A stretch of 17,914 nt of DNA from Pseudomonadota bacterium (lineage in GTDB: Bacteria > Bdellovibrionota > FAC87 > UBA2466), in contig JAYSWN010000220.1 of assembly GCA_043718025.1 (NCBI GenBank), positions 1-17,914 on the forward strand, in the 5' to 3' direction. The notes below the pieces were generated by a model that saw nothing but the letters and a program-made list of their open reading frames with translations, was not told the origin of the DNA and searched no databases. A program made the translations under genes and the position numbers. The number at the start of each line of letters is the position of its first letter. Within the stretch, counting starts at the first letter, position 1. Shown here piece after piece: positions 1 through 7,955 of this stretch.

Positions 1-1
1 C

Positions 2-412
2 GGAAAACTGGTTCCCCAAAGGAAACCACCCTCCAGCCCCGCGCTGTGGATAAAAATTGCGGCGGGAAATGATTCAACCCTAGATGATGACGATGCCGCA
101 ATGTGGAACAAGATGAAATTTCTCGATCTGAATTTCAATCGAGCGCTACCGCAATACATTTTTTCATTAGAAGACCCAGAAGATCTTAATAACAAACTCT
201 TTGTAAAGGAGGGCGTGTTGGCGGCGGCGATTAGTAACGATGTAAAAATTGAACATTTTTCTGACGGCTTCTTCAACGCTCATTTCACGGAACACGGAAC
301 AAAGAAGTCCGTCACCCTTGCTCTGGGGGAACTTTCTCAGTGCCTACAATTTGGCCTGGCCAATCAAATCGAGGCGCGTTTGCAACAAGGAGAATTGCGT
401 GATGGGAGATAG
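2..412 (+). CDS. Hypothetical protein, C-terminal part (5' truncated by window edge)
   Basis: The frame of ORF 101..412 has no stop from position 2 (GKLVPQRKPP...DDDDAAMWNK...). The stop overlaps the start of the next gene. No recognisable domain. Confidence 0.7.
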   Translation, partial: GKLVPQRKPPSSPALWIKIAAGNDSTLDDDDAAMWNKMKFLDLNFNRALPQYIFSLEDPEDLNNKLFVKEGVLAAAISNDVKIEHFSDGFFNAHFTEHGTKKSVTLALGELSQCLQFGLANQIEARLQQGELRDGR

Positions 413-1439
413 AGGAAATAAGTTGTATTTTATCGTGGGACTTCTTCTTTTGTCGCACTTGCCGATCCGAGCCGCCGAGGACGAAAGGTTACTCATTGCG
501 CTCACCAGCTTGAATGCCCTCGCACCGGGCCCCTCTTCCACGATTGCCGACTGGGATTTTTTTGAATGGCAGCGATCGGAGACAATTGCGCAAATTGCGC
601 AAAAAATGGCCAAGCGCAATTACTGCTATACTGCCTCTCCCCATTGGGTAAACGAGGTGCAAACTTACCAAGCCGAGGCGCCAGCTAAACAGTTCTTTAC
701 GGCATTGGACACCTACCGCCTTAGCTGGGCGTGGCAAGATGCCTTCGTGAAAATAGCTTTTGAAAAGCTGATGGCTACCGGAGTGAGTTCGCTTAGGGAG
801 TTGATGAAAGCCTCCACCCCGAAGGATCGTCCAATCAACATCATCTTTTGGGGTCGTGCCGAAAAAGCCGGCTTTCACCGCACCGCCCGCCACGTGGGTT
901 TGAATCCCGATTTAATGGAAGGGGGAGAAAGCCTTTTACTGATGGTACACGAATTGGCGCACCGCTCACTTTATTCACTAGAAGCTGACGAGAAGGCATT
1001 TAGAGCCCTGCACACCAAGATTAACGTATACGTTCAAGCGAAGAAGTACCAAGCCAGGGAGTTTCCGCCGCGATTTGCACAATATGTGCGCGACTACGTG
1101 CGACTTGGGCTGGAGCTACAGTTTCTGAACGAATGGCGCGTATGGGCCACAACATTTTCGATCTACTTAAAAGTAAAAAACGCGCGGGCTCATTATCAGA
1201 ACGATCTACCGTGGAGAGATATCGATTGGGTTGACGACATCTTGGCGCAACGGCGACCGGGTGAAGACATCAAAACTTTTACGTTTCGTTTTCTCGATGG
1301 CCGATTTGTCGACCCTCACGATCCCGAACGCCCTTTCTTAGACGAAGTGCTTAAACAACAACGCGAAACGTTGCGGCAAAAAATCGCCGGTGATGAATTG
1401 GATTTGCGAGAGCTGGAAAAAATTTTTACTGCGTCCTAA
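402..1439 (+). CDS. Secreted hypothetical protein with HExxH zinc-metallopeptidase-like motif
   Basis: Start moved to ATG 402 after SD AAGGAGA (387-393). Signal peptide MGDRGNKLYFIVGLLLLSHLPIRA; motif LMVHELAH; downstream NEWRVW offers a possible third Glu ligand. Confidence 0.7.
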   Translation: MGDRGNKLYFIVGLLLLSHLPIRAAEDERLLIALTSLNALAPGPSSTIADWDFFEWQRSETIAQIAQKMAKRNYCYTASPHWVNEVQTYQAEAPAKQFFTALDTYRLSWAWQDAFVKIAFEKLMATGVSSLRELMKASTPKDRPINIIFWGRAEKAGFHRTARHVGLNPDLMEGGESLLLMVHELAHRSLYSLEADEKAFRALHTKINVYVQAKKYQAREFPPRFAQYVRDYVRLGLELQFLNEWRVWATTFSIYLKVKNARAHYQNDLPWRDIDWVDDILAQRRPGEDIKTFTFRFLDGRFVDPHDPERPFLDEVLKQQRETLRQKIAGDELDLRELEKIFTAS

Positions 1440-2310
1440 GCGCGGCTCGTTGCCGCTGGCGTCGGTTACCGACTATGAACGAAAAAACGTCCAGCGTTTG
1501 GCGACAAGGCAGGTGCCAGACGGGCTTTAAACCGCTGGCCGTTCTTAAATCGGAAACGAGATCTCTCACCCTTGGCTCCAAATCCGGCGGCAGGTGAACC
1601 CCTTGGCTGCGCCCCATCCACGCTAATACCCGATGCCAACGGCTCAGCAAAAAAGGGGCCACGTCATTTTGATAGCGGGCCATTGTGGTTGAAGTCGTAA
1701 AATCAAGCAGCACCCACTCCGACTCATTGTAAACCAGCTGTTCAGGATGAAAGTCGCCAATTTTTGCAAAGAGAGAAACGCCACTTACAAATTGCAGCAA
1801 TTGTGCGTCCACGCGCCTTTTAAACCCTTCCGAAAAAGTTCTACGATTATGGAAGTACCAGCGGTAATTAAATCTCGGGCTCAGCTTTTCAACCACCACG
1901 TACTCTTCGCGAAGGTGCTCGTACATCTTTACGACCCGTACCCCGGCCGCGGTCAGCGCCCGATGCCCTTCGATAAATTCGGTGATGTAAGAGGTGTAGG
2001 AACCCAATGGAATAGGTGATTCTTTGCCGTTTTCGTCGGTGGAAATTGAGGCGTTTCCACTACTCAAAGGAATTCGTAGTACTCGGTTTCCGACGATATC
2101 TATAACTAGCGTGGTGTTCCCCTGGCCGAGCACCGATTTAACCGTGAACTCTTCGCCATCCGAGAAAACCAGCACGTCATCTCTAAGGAGCTGACGGACG
2201 ACTTCAGCATAGTTTTCGCTTTGCACGCCGGGCGCCGAAAACAGAAAAAAGCGCTCCCCTTGCGCCGAATAGGCGAATGAAAGCGCAAGGGTGAGGCAAA
2301 CTCGCGCCAT
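1426..2310 (-). CDS. Secreted protein-kinase-like fold protein (atypical)
   Basis: Likely start ATG 2310 with signal peptide MARVCLTLALSFAYSAQG. Gly-rich loop LGQGNTTLV, VLRIP (VAIK position), hinge YVVVEKL, catalytic-loop-like GDFHPEQLVY, and WVLLDF (DFG-like). Confidence 0.65.
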   Translation of the reverse strand: MARVCLTLALSFAYSAQGERFFLFSAPGVQSENYAEVVRQLLRDDVLVFSDGEEFTVKSVLGQGNTTLVIDIVGNRVLRIPLSSGNASISTDENGKESPIPLGSYTSYITEFIEGHRALTAAGVRVVKMYEHLREEYVVVEKLSPRFNYRWYFHNRRTFSEGFKRRVDAQLLQFVSGVSLFAKIGDFHPEQLVYNESEWVLLDFTTSTTMARYQNDVAPFLLSRWHRVLAWMGRSQGVHLPPDLEPRVRDLVSDLRTASGLKPVWHLPCRQTLDVFSFIVGNRRQRQRAALRTQ

Positions 2311-2447
2311 TAGCGATCGAACGTTAAAATCAGAAAAAAAAGACAACCTTTGGCTCCATCGACGAAGCACATCCCGTGCGGCCACATCAATAACCAATGT
2401 AACTAATTAGATCCAGCCTGAAGTGGTGGCTTAGCTTAGAGAGTGAA

Positions 2448-3113
2448 TTAAAGGTCGGCCAAAAACAGGGTGCGCCAGCCGCCCGAGGTTTCGTGGGCTC
2501 GTACCCGTTCGATAAGTGTCTTAAAACCCTGGCTTTTCAGCCGTTTGATAAAAGGTGGGCTTTCGTCGACCGACCACACCGCAAGCCGCCCCTTAGGCTT
2601 TAACGCTCGCTTTAGGCTTTCGATACCCGCTTTATCGTACAGTCCACTATTGCTGGCCACCGTAAGTGCGGTTGGACCATTGTCGACGTCGAGAAGAATG
2701 GCGTCGTACGTCGCTTTGGACTTGGCCACGTGCTGGCGGACATCCATTTGTTTGAGCCGCACGCGCGAATCTTTCAAAAGTTTACCCGCCAAGGGATAGG
2801 CCAAATTGCCGTTCCAAGCGATGACTTCAGATGACAGTTCAACCACCACCACTTGCGCCTTTTTTTCGACCAGCTCGAGAGTGGCCCGCAACGTAAAGCC
2901 CAAGCCCAAGCCACCAATTAAGATACGCGGGGCCGCAATGAACTTTGCCCATTGGCAACCATGTTCGGCCAGCTTTCGCTCAGAAAAACTCTCGCGGGTA
3001 GACATTAGATCCACGCCATCAAGCCGAATGAGGTACAGACCGTCTCGCTCATTAAGGGTGAGGCGACCGCCATCCTTAGTGGTGGTGTGTTCGAGCAGCG
3101 TCCATTTCTTCAT
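2448..3113 (-). CDS. Spermidine-synthase-like / MnmC-like SAM-dependent methyltransferase
   Basis: Start MKKWTLL at 3113. Motifs LMSTRESFSE, ILIGGLGLGFTLR, VVVELS, DAILLDVDNGP and LAVWS are typical of this family. The upstream ORF extension overlaps the divergent gene and is unlikely. Confidence 0.85.
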   Translation of the reverse strand: MKKWTLLEHTTTKDGGRLTLNERDGLYLIRLDGVDLMSTRESFSERKLAEHGCQWAKFIAAPRILIGGLGLGFTLRATLELVEKKAQVVVVELSSEVIAWNGNLAYPLAGKLLKDSRVRLKQMDVRQHVAKSKATYDAILLDVDNGPTALTVASNSGLYDKAGIESLKRALKPKGRLAVWSVDESPPFIKRLKSQGFKTLIERVRAHETSGGWRTLFLADL

Positions 3114-3166
3114 GCGGAGTAAACAACCGCTAGCGAAATGACCTTTCGCGTGACACAAAAGACCGC

Positions 3167-4240
3167 ATGGATTGGCGTTGGTTTCATGGGAGAAAGTGTC
3201 TCCCGAGTTTCGGCTTACGGCAAAGGCTTCTGCTAAAAAGATTGCCCGTCTTGCCCTTATTTTTCTGTCTGCTGATGTTCGGGGAAGTGCCCGCCCTGGG
3301 CAATTTCTGCCTCCTTTTTCCTTCGCGGCTTGCCCGAAGATTAATGAACGAAGCACGGGTGAGCTGGAAGAGCGATCATCTGCAATCAGTTGCGCTTTCT
3401 ACCCTCCCACCTGAAATGGCCAAGGCCCGTATTCGGGCCATCATCGACCAGATTTATTCCCCAAAAAGTGAGCTCGGACGCGAACTAGATATTTTTTTTC
3501 AAAAACGTTTCAACGACGGCCCGGCCTGGCTTAGTGACTATTACCGCGCCTACGAAATGTTCTATTTCAGCCCCCGCTATCTGGCGCTTGCCGGAGCCTT
3601 TCATGCCGCTCTGCCAACCGAAGGAAGGATTATCGACTTGGGCTCGGGCACCGGCGGCTTAAGCGGTATTCTCGCCGACTTATCCCCCGGACGAAGTTTT
3701 ATGTTGGTGGATCATGACCAGGCACTCACCATTGCCGAAGATCGCATGCGGTTTATGTTTCCGGGAGCGGACGCGCGCTTTTCGTTGGTGCGCGAATACG
3801 TAAACCCTAAAAGCAGACTACCTGACGGCCCCTTCTACGATGCCGCTTTGATTAATCACACGCTTTACACCATGTCTCGGCAAACTAAATTGGCGGCTCT
3901 ACGCGCCCTTAGCGTAAGGCTTAAACCGAACGCCACCGTGGTCATTAATGAGCCGTTGCATGAAACCGCGTCGCTACCCAGTGAACACCGCGCTTGGCTC
4001 ACCGAAATGATTGAAGATGCGATCTTGGGCGGTGCGCCACATACCGAGTTCGACATCGCCGTGCTTGCCGCCATTTGCTCGGGTAGAATAACTCAACTGA
4101 CCCGAATGGGCCCGATGGTGCTTCCCTTGATGACCGAGGGTGAGCATGAAGCCCTATTTCAAGGCCTGGGTTGGACAATAACTAAGAAAGAGATTTCCTA
4201 CGCCGGCTTTTCAAGGATGTGGGTGCTTAAGACCAAGTGA
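3167..4240 (+). CDS. Class I SAM-dependent methyltransferase with signal-peptide-like N-terminus
   Basis: Motif I IIDLGSGTGG, MLVD, YDAALINHTLY, LKPNATVVINEP. Hydrophobic N-terminal stretch LPVLPLFFCLLMFGEVPALG. Exact start uncertain. Confidence 0.75.
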   Translation: MDWRWFHGRKCLPSFGLRQRLLLKRLPVLPLFFCLLMFGEVPALGNFCLLFPSRLARRLMNEARVSWKSDHLQSVALSTLPPEMAKARIRAIIDQIYSPKSELGRELDIFFQKRFNDGPAWLSDYYRAYEMFYFSPRYLALAGAFHAALPTEGRIIDLGSGTGGLSGILADLSPGRSFMLVDHDQALTIAEDRMRFMFPGADARFSLVREYVNPKSRLPDGPFYDAALINHTLYTMSRQTKLAALRALSVRLKPNATVVINEPLHETASLPSEHRAWLTEMIEDAILGGAPHTEFDIAVLAAICSGRITQLTRMGPMVLPLMTEGEHEALFQGLGWTITKKEISYAGFSRMWVLKTK

Positions 4241-5061
4241 CGAAAAAACTAATACCCTTCGACCGGAAGTTTGGAGTGGAGTTCTTAAGTAGCCTGCCTA
4301 CTACCCCCGGCGTGTATCAGCTGTGGGATGAAAACGGCGGCCTGCTGTACGTCGGAAAAGCAAAAAACCTTAAGGCCCGTCTTGCCCAATACCGCCGCGC
4401 CAGCCGCCGCGAAAAAATGTTTAAGCTCATCAAGGCCGCCAGTAAAATCACGTGGGAGCCATGTAAAACTGATCTCGATGCCTGCTTGCGTGAGGTTGAA
4501 TTAATTCAAACCGCAAAGCCAAAACGCAACGTGGCGTCGGCGTACTCATTTCGCTATCCTTTTTTAGGGATCAAGACGGAAACTCACCACTTGCAATTTT
4601 GTTTCTCCACCGTACCCGCCGCACTGCCCGATTACCGTTTCTTTGGCGCCTTTCGTAGTCGAGAAAATGCCACCGAGACAATCGCCGCCCTTTCGAGGCT
4701 GCTTAAGTACGTGGGTCATCAAGAGCGAATTGAAGAAGAATTCCCCTCTTATTGCTACGGCTACGGCTATAGGCGTGTTCCGGCCGACGTGATTGGCGAA
4801 TTAATTGAATTTTTTTTAGGTAACTCACCGAAGTTAATAAATACGCTCTTTCTGCGGTTGCTCGAGCACGCCGGGGCTCGGGCGAAGGCAACGGAGGTAA
4901 AAGAGGATCTTCGGTTGCTGCGCACTTTTTGGCAAGACGAGGCCCTTCCCCTCCGACAAGCCATCCAACTCACCTCGTTTGTATCGTACCCAGTTCCGCA
5001 ACCTGATCGCGACCCGCTATTTCTTCGCGCCAAAACGGCCAAGGCTCAAAACGAAAAATAG
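4237..5061 (+). CDS. GIY-YIG nuclease family protein (UvrC N-terminal / Cho-like)
   Basis: LPTTPGVYQLWDENGGLLYVGKAKNLKARLAQY, ACLREVELIQTAKPKRN, YPFL, FGAFRS. At 274 aa it lacks the UvrC C-terminal RNase H and HhH domains. GTGA start/stop overlap with the upstream gene. Confidence 0.85.
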   Translation: MTKKLIPFDRKFGVEFLSSLPTTPGVYQLWDENGGLLYVGKAKNLKARLAQYRRASRREKMFKLIKAASKITWEPCKTDLDACLREVELIQTAKPKRNVASAYSFRYPFLGIKTETHHLQFCFSTVPAALPDYRFFGAFRSRENATETIAALSRLLKYVGHQERIEEEFPSYCYGYGYRRVPADVIGELIEFFLGNSPKLINTLFLRLLEHAGARAKATEVKEDLRLLRTFWQDEALPLRQAIQLTSFVSYPVPQPDRDPLFLRAKTAKAQNEK

Positions 5062-5168
5062 AGCCCGCCTATGCACTGAACGCTTTTGTTCACGACAATT
5101 GGCGTCATTTTCAACTTCCCCTGTTTTCCATTTTCCTTGAATGCTAGTCAGATCGGAAGGGGTGTTAC

Positions 5169-6479
5169 ATGGGGTATTGGGTTGGGTTTTTGTTAGCGGT
5201 GTCGTCGTGCGCGTTCGGTTTCGTGGGGAAGAACAATACCGAAGCTAAACTAAATTTTTCTCACTTTGTAGACTGGAACTCCACGGTTAAGCCAACCAAG
5301 GAAGAGGCTAAAGAGCACATCGACAATCAGCTGCTGCACCTTTATGGGCCGATGTCGGTCGCCACTGCCTACGGCGTGCCAAAGGGCGAGCACGTCACCA
5401 AAATCACTAAGCTTGAAAAACAAGACGACGGTTATCGCATTCGTTACGACTACGAAGGCACCATCCAAGTAAAAAAAGGGCCCCGCACCAAGTACACGGT
5501 GACGTTACCCCGCTCTCCCGATGAAGAATTTATTTATGCTGCGGGTCTAAACAAAAAAGAGGTCAATCTCTGCACCGACGATCACTACAACTCGTACGAT
5601 GACTTTTGGTATTTCTGGAACCCACGAATGCCCAAGTGCCCACTTGAAGAAGGAAAACACTACGACCTCGTCACCGGTGATCTAGAGCGCATTCCAAACA
5701 CCAAACTCTCCTACCCCGAGTATAGTCGTCTGGTAAATCCGAAAACCCAAACGATTCCGATCTACGTCTTTTTCGGAAAAGACGACGAAGATCAAAATGA
5801 TAACCCCATGACTTCGAAAGACCTCAACGCCAAAACTTACCGGGCCTTTCGCCGAGATTTAATTAAATTGGGTTTTCCTGAACCTAGATCTCTAGATCAA
5901 GAAGAGATAGAAACAGTTCTCAATCGACAGCCCATTGTGAAACCCTTCGCAGAGGTGACCGAACTCGAGGCCGAGCGCGCTACACTGCGCATCGTTCTGT
6001 ATTTTGGTAATACCGGAATCGACGAGAACAGCGATGCCTTCCATTACTTCTATAAAACCGCCAATGAGCAGGCCGCGGTGATGATCTACGATGGACACTC
6101 TGGGCTAGGTGGTCATCTTGACCCAGAGGCGATCGAAGAACGACACGGCTTTAAAATGAAGATGGCCCGCAATCGCTACCAGATTTTCTTTTTCAACAGC
6201 TGCACCTCTTATTCGTACTACAATTCGCTCTATTTCTACCGCAAAGCAAAGAGATCGGTGCGCGACCAGACGCGAAATCTCGACATTCTCACCCAAGGCC
6301 TGGCCGCTGAATTCGACGTCCATTCAAAATCAAACTTGGCGCTGATTAAGGCGGTGGGATTGTGGGCAAAGAACAAGAAAGCGCCGAGCTACCAGAAGCT
6401 CGCTGATCAAATGGATCAAAACTCATTGTTCGGAATTAACGGTGACGAAGACAACCCAACCGAAGCGGGTTTGGAATGA
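5169..6479 (+). CDS. Secreted hypothetical protein with putative clan CD (caspase/gingipain/CHAT-like) His-Cys dyad
   Basis: SD-like GGAAGGGGG upstream; signal peptide MGYWVGFLLAVSSCAFG; motifs AVMIYDGHSGLG and YQIFFFNSC. The CDS is solid; the function is inferred. Confidence 0.75.
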   Translation: MGYWVGFLLAVSSCAFGFVGKNNTEAKLNFSHFVDWNSTVKPTKEEAKEHIDNQLLHLYGPMSVATAYGVPKGEHVTKITKLEKQDDGYRIRYDYEGTIQVKKGPRTKYTVTLPRSPDEEFIYAAGLNKKEVNLCTDDHYNSYDDFWYFWNPRMPKCPLEEGKHYDLVTGDLERIPNTKLSYPEYSRLVNPKTQTIPIYVFFGKDDEDQNDNPMTSKDLNAKTYRAFRRDLIKLGFPEPRSLDQEEIETVLNRQPIVKPFAEVTELEAERATLRIVLYFGNTGIDENSDAFHYFYKTANEQAAVMIYDGHSGLGGHLDPEAIEERHGFKMKMARNRYQIFFFNSCTSYSYYNSLYFYRKAKRSVRDQTRNLDILTQGLAAEFDVHSKSNLALIKAVGLWAKNKKAPSYQKLADQMDQNSLFGINGDEDNPTEAGLE

Positions 6480-6480
6480 G

Positions 6481-7434
6481 TCAGATCTGCTGAAGAAACT
6501 GAGTAAAGCCCTGATCCAGGTGTGGCATGGGTAATGTTTTGGCGCGAAGGCTGCTCACCAGATCGTGAAATTCCTTGGGCAACGCCAGCGAATTGCAGTC
6601 TTGAGAATACGCTACGTTTAGCAATTCGGCCAAAGTTTTGCGGGCCAAGTATTCATGTTTTTGCGATCCGTACCAACGGGGCTGGGCCAGATCGTCGAGC
6701 ACCACGCCGAGCAGGTAGGAGATCAATAGCTTCTGTTTGGTGGCCGAAGCGCGTTTCCAAAAAACGGTGGTGAACACCGCGTCTGCCTCAAGAAAAAGGC
6801 TGCGCATGCCGTCAAACTTGCTAACATCAGCGTTGAGTAGATGATCGACAATGTCGTGCGTGCCCGAAAAAGCCAATCGCCGTTGGGTCATCAACTTGGC
6901 TTGAGTGTGGGCAATGTTGTTTTGGATCTCCCACTCGTTGGCATAAAGGTAGGCAACCCTAGAGTCACCGTCTTCACTCAACGACGAAGCCAGCAACCAG
7001 TCGCGCACCACCACCAGCTCAAAACCTTTGGCCCGGTATTTTTCTGCCACACGGCCGGGGAAGATGACGGCTTGAACTAATTTACCGCTTTCGTTGAATG
7101 AGCTTGCCTCAAGGATGTGGCAGAAGTCGGGGTGGCGCACCTCGAGCTCTACGCCATCTCTTCTCCAGAAACGGAGGGCAAACTCTCCTTCTTGAGAAAA
7201 GATTTCGCTACACCAGGGGTTATCGCCAGCTTCGAGAACGTCGACTCCGAAAAACGGGCTTAGTCGATCGGAGTCTTTTCTTCCCAATTCAAACTGGAGT
7301 CCCAAGGCAGTGCACAGTGACGCGAGAGCGGGCTCTTGCGCGTAGGTGATCACTTCGGCACCGTTCTTGAGTTTTTGAATAAGGAGGCGCCTCGTCTCGC
7401 CGGCGATCTGAATTCCCCTGGTGCGCGATTTCAC
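6481..7434 (-). CDS. Hypothetical cytoplasmic protein with possible metal-binding residues
   Basis: Long ORF. Probable GTG start at 7434, 6 nt after GGGAG and 1 nt after the upstream stop (the ORF track starts at 7461). Motifs NEWE, GTHDIVDH, LDDLAQP. Confidence 0.7.
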   Translation of the reverse strand: MKSRTRGIQIAGETRRLLIQKLKNGAEVITYAQEPALASLCTALGLQFELGRKDSDRLSPFFGVDVLEAGDNPWCSEIFSQEGEFALRFWRRDGVELEVRHPDFCHILEASSFNESGKLVQAVIFPGRVAEKYRAKGFELVVVRDWLLASSLSEDGDSRVAYLYANEWEIQNNIAHTQAKLMTQRRLAFSGTHDIVDHLLNADVSKFDGMRSLFLEADAVFTTVFWKRASATKQKLLISYLLGVVLDDLAQPRWYGSQKHEYLARKTLAELLNVAYSQDCNSLALPKEFHDLVSSLRAKTLPMPHLDQGFTQFLQQI

Positions 7435-7435
7435 T

Positions 7436-7786
7436 TCAATCTCCCGACTCAACCGCGCCAAGCCCTAAATCGTGTTGTAGCACTTCTAGGCAGTACTGGA
7501 GCTTCGGCAGATCATGGGTTTTACTGGTGGTGACGATGTCATTTTTTTGATGAAAGTGCCCTTTGATAAACGCTAAGCATTTTTCAGAGTCCTGCATCAC
7601 TTCGCATAGTTCGTTGTACCCTCCCGCTTTACTGGTCTGCGGAAACGTTCCGATGCGGCAACTGCCCGCAAGCGGCTGAACGTTCATGCCACGCGGCAGA
7701 TTGGATCCCAATGCGGCCGAGCCAGCAACAATGCTGGCCGCAGTCGCCACCGAAGTGAGAAGAGGCGAAAGAGTTTTCTTTTTCAT
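7436..7786 (-). CDS. Small secreted protein with 4 Cys (116 aa)
   Basis: AGGA SD upstream; signal peptide MKKKTLSPLLTSVATAASIVAGSAALG; four Cys could form two disulfides. Confidence 0.75.
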   Translation of the reverse strand: MKKKTLSPLLTSVATAASIVAGSAALGSNLPRGMNVQPLAGSCRIGTFPQTSKAGGYNELCEVMQDSEKCLAFIKGHFHQKNDIVTTSKTHDLPKLQYCLEVLQHDLGLGAVESGD

Positions 7787-7854
7787 TTTTAATCCTGGTT
7801 ACGAGGAGTCACCAATGACCCTCTGAAACCAGGATGCGAGATCGGGTGACTTCC
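7787..7854 (-). promoter_or_regulatory. Structured 5' leader sequestering the SD (candidate translational switch)
   Basis: Perfect 9-bp inverted repeat 7792-7800 / 7827-7835 includes the AGGA SD. Inner hairpin at 7803-7823. Competing pairing 7807-7813 / 7845-7851. Confidence 0.45.
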
Positions 7855-7859
7855 ATAAA

Positions 7860-7886
7860 GTGAATTGATTTCACCAAAATCGTGAA
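7860..7886. promoter_or_regulatory. Palindromic operator-like site GTGAA-N5-TTCAC-N7-GTGAA
   Basis: GTGAATTGATTTCAC (7860-7874) plus a third half-site GTGAA at 7882-7886, in the intergenic region upstream of the 7786 gene. Confidence 0.35.
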
Positions 7887-7955
7887 ACAAATCAGAAGCA
7901 AACGCGTCGCGCCATTTAGAATCAATAGGCGCACCTTGCGTATAGTCTTTTAGGT

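Noticed and set aside
45..53. Perfect DnaA box TGTGGATAA
   Set aside because: Single copy inside an open reading frame, with no box cluster or AT-rich unwinding element.
249..401. N-terminal extension of ORF 249..1439
   Set aside because: Overlaps the upstream CDS; the SD and signal peptide point to a start at 402 (or GTG 399).
3114..3356. N-terminal extension of ORF 2448..3356
   Set aside because: Overlaps the divergent methyltransferase; family-like sequence begins at MKKW (3113).
7897..7914. Sigma54-like TGGCGCG...TTTGCT on the minus strand
   Set aside because: GG-to-GC spacing is 12 nt rather than the required 10.
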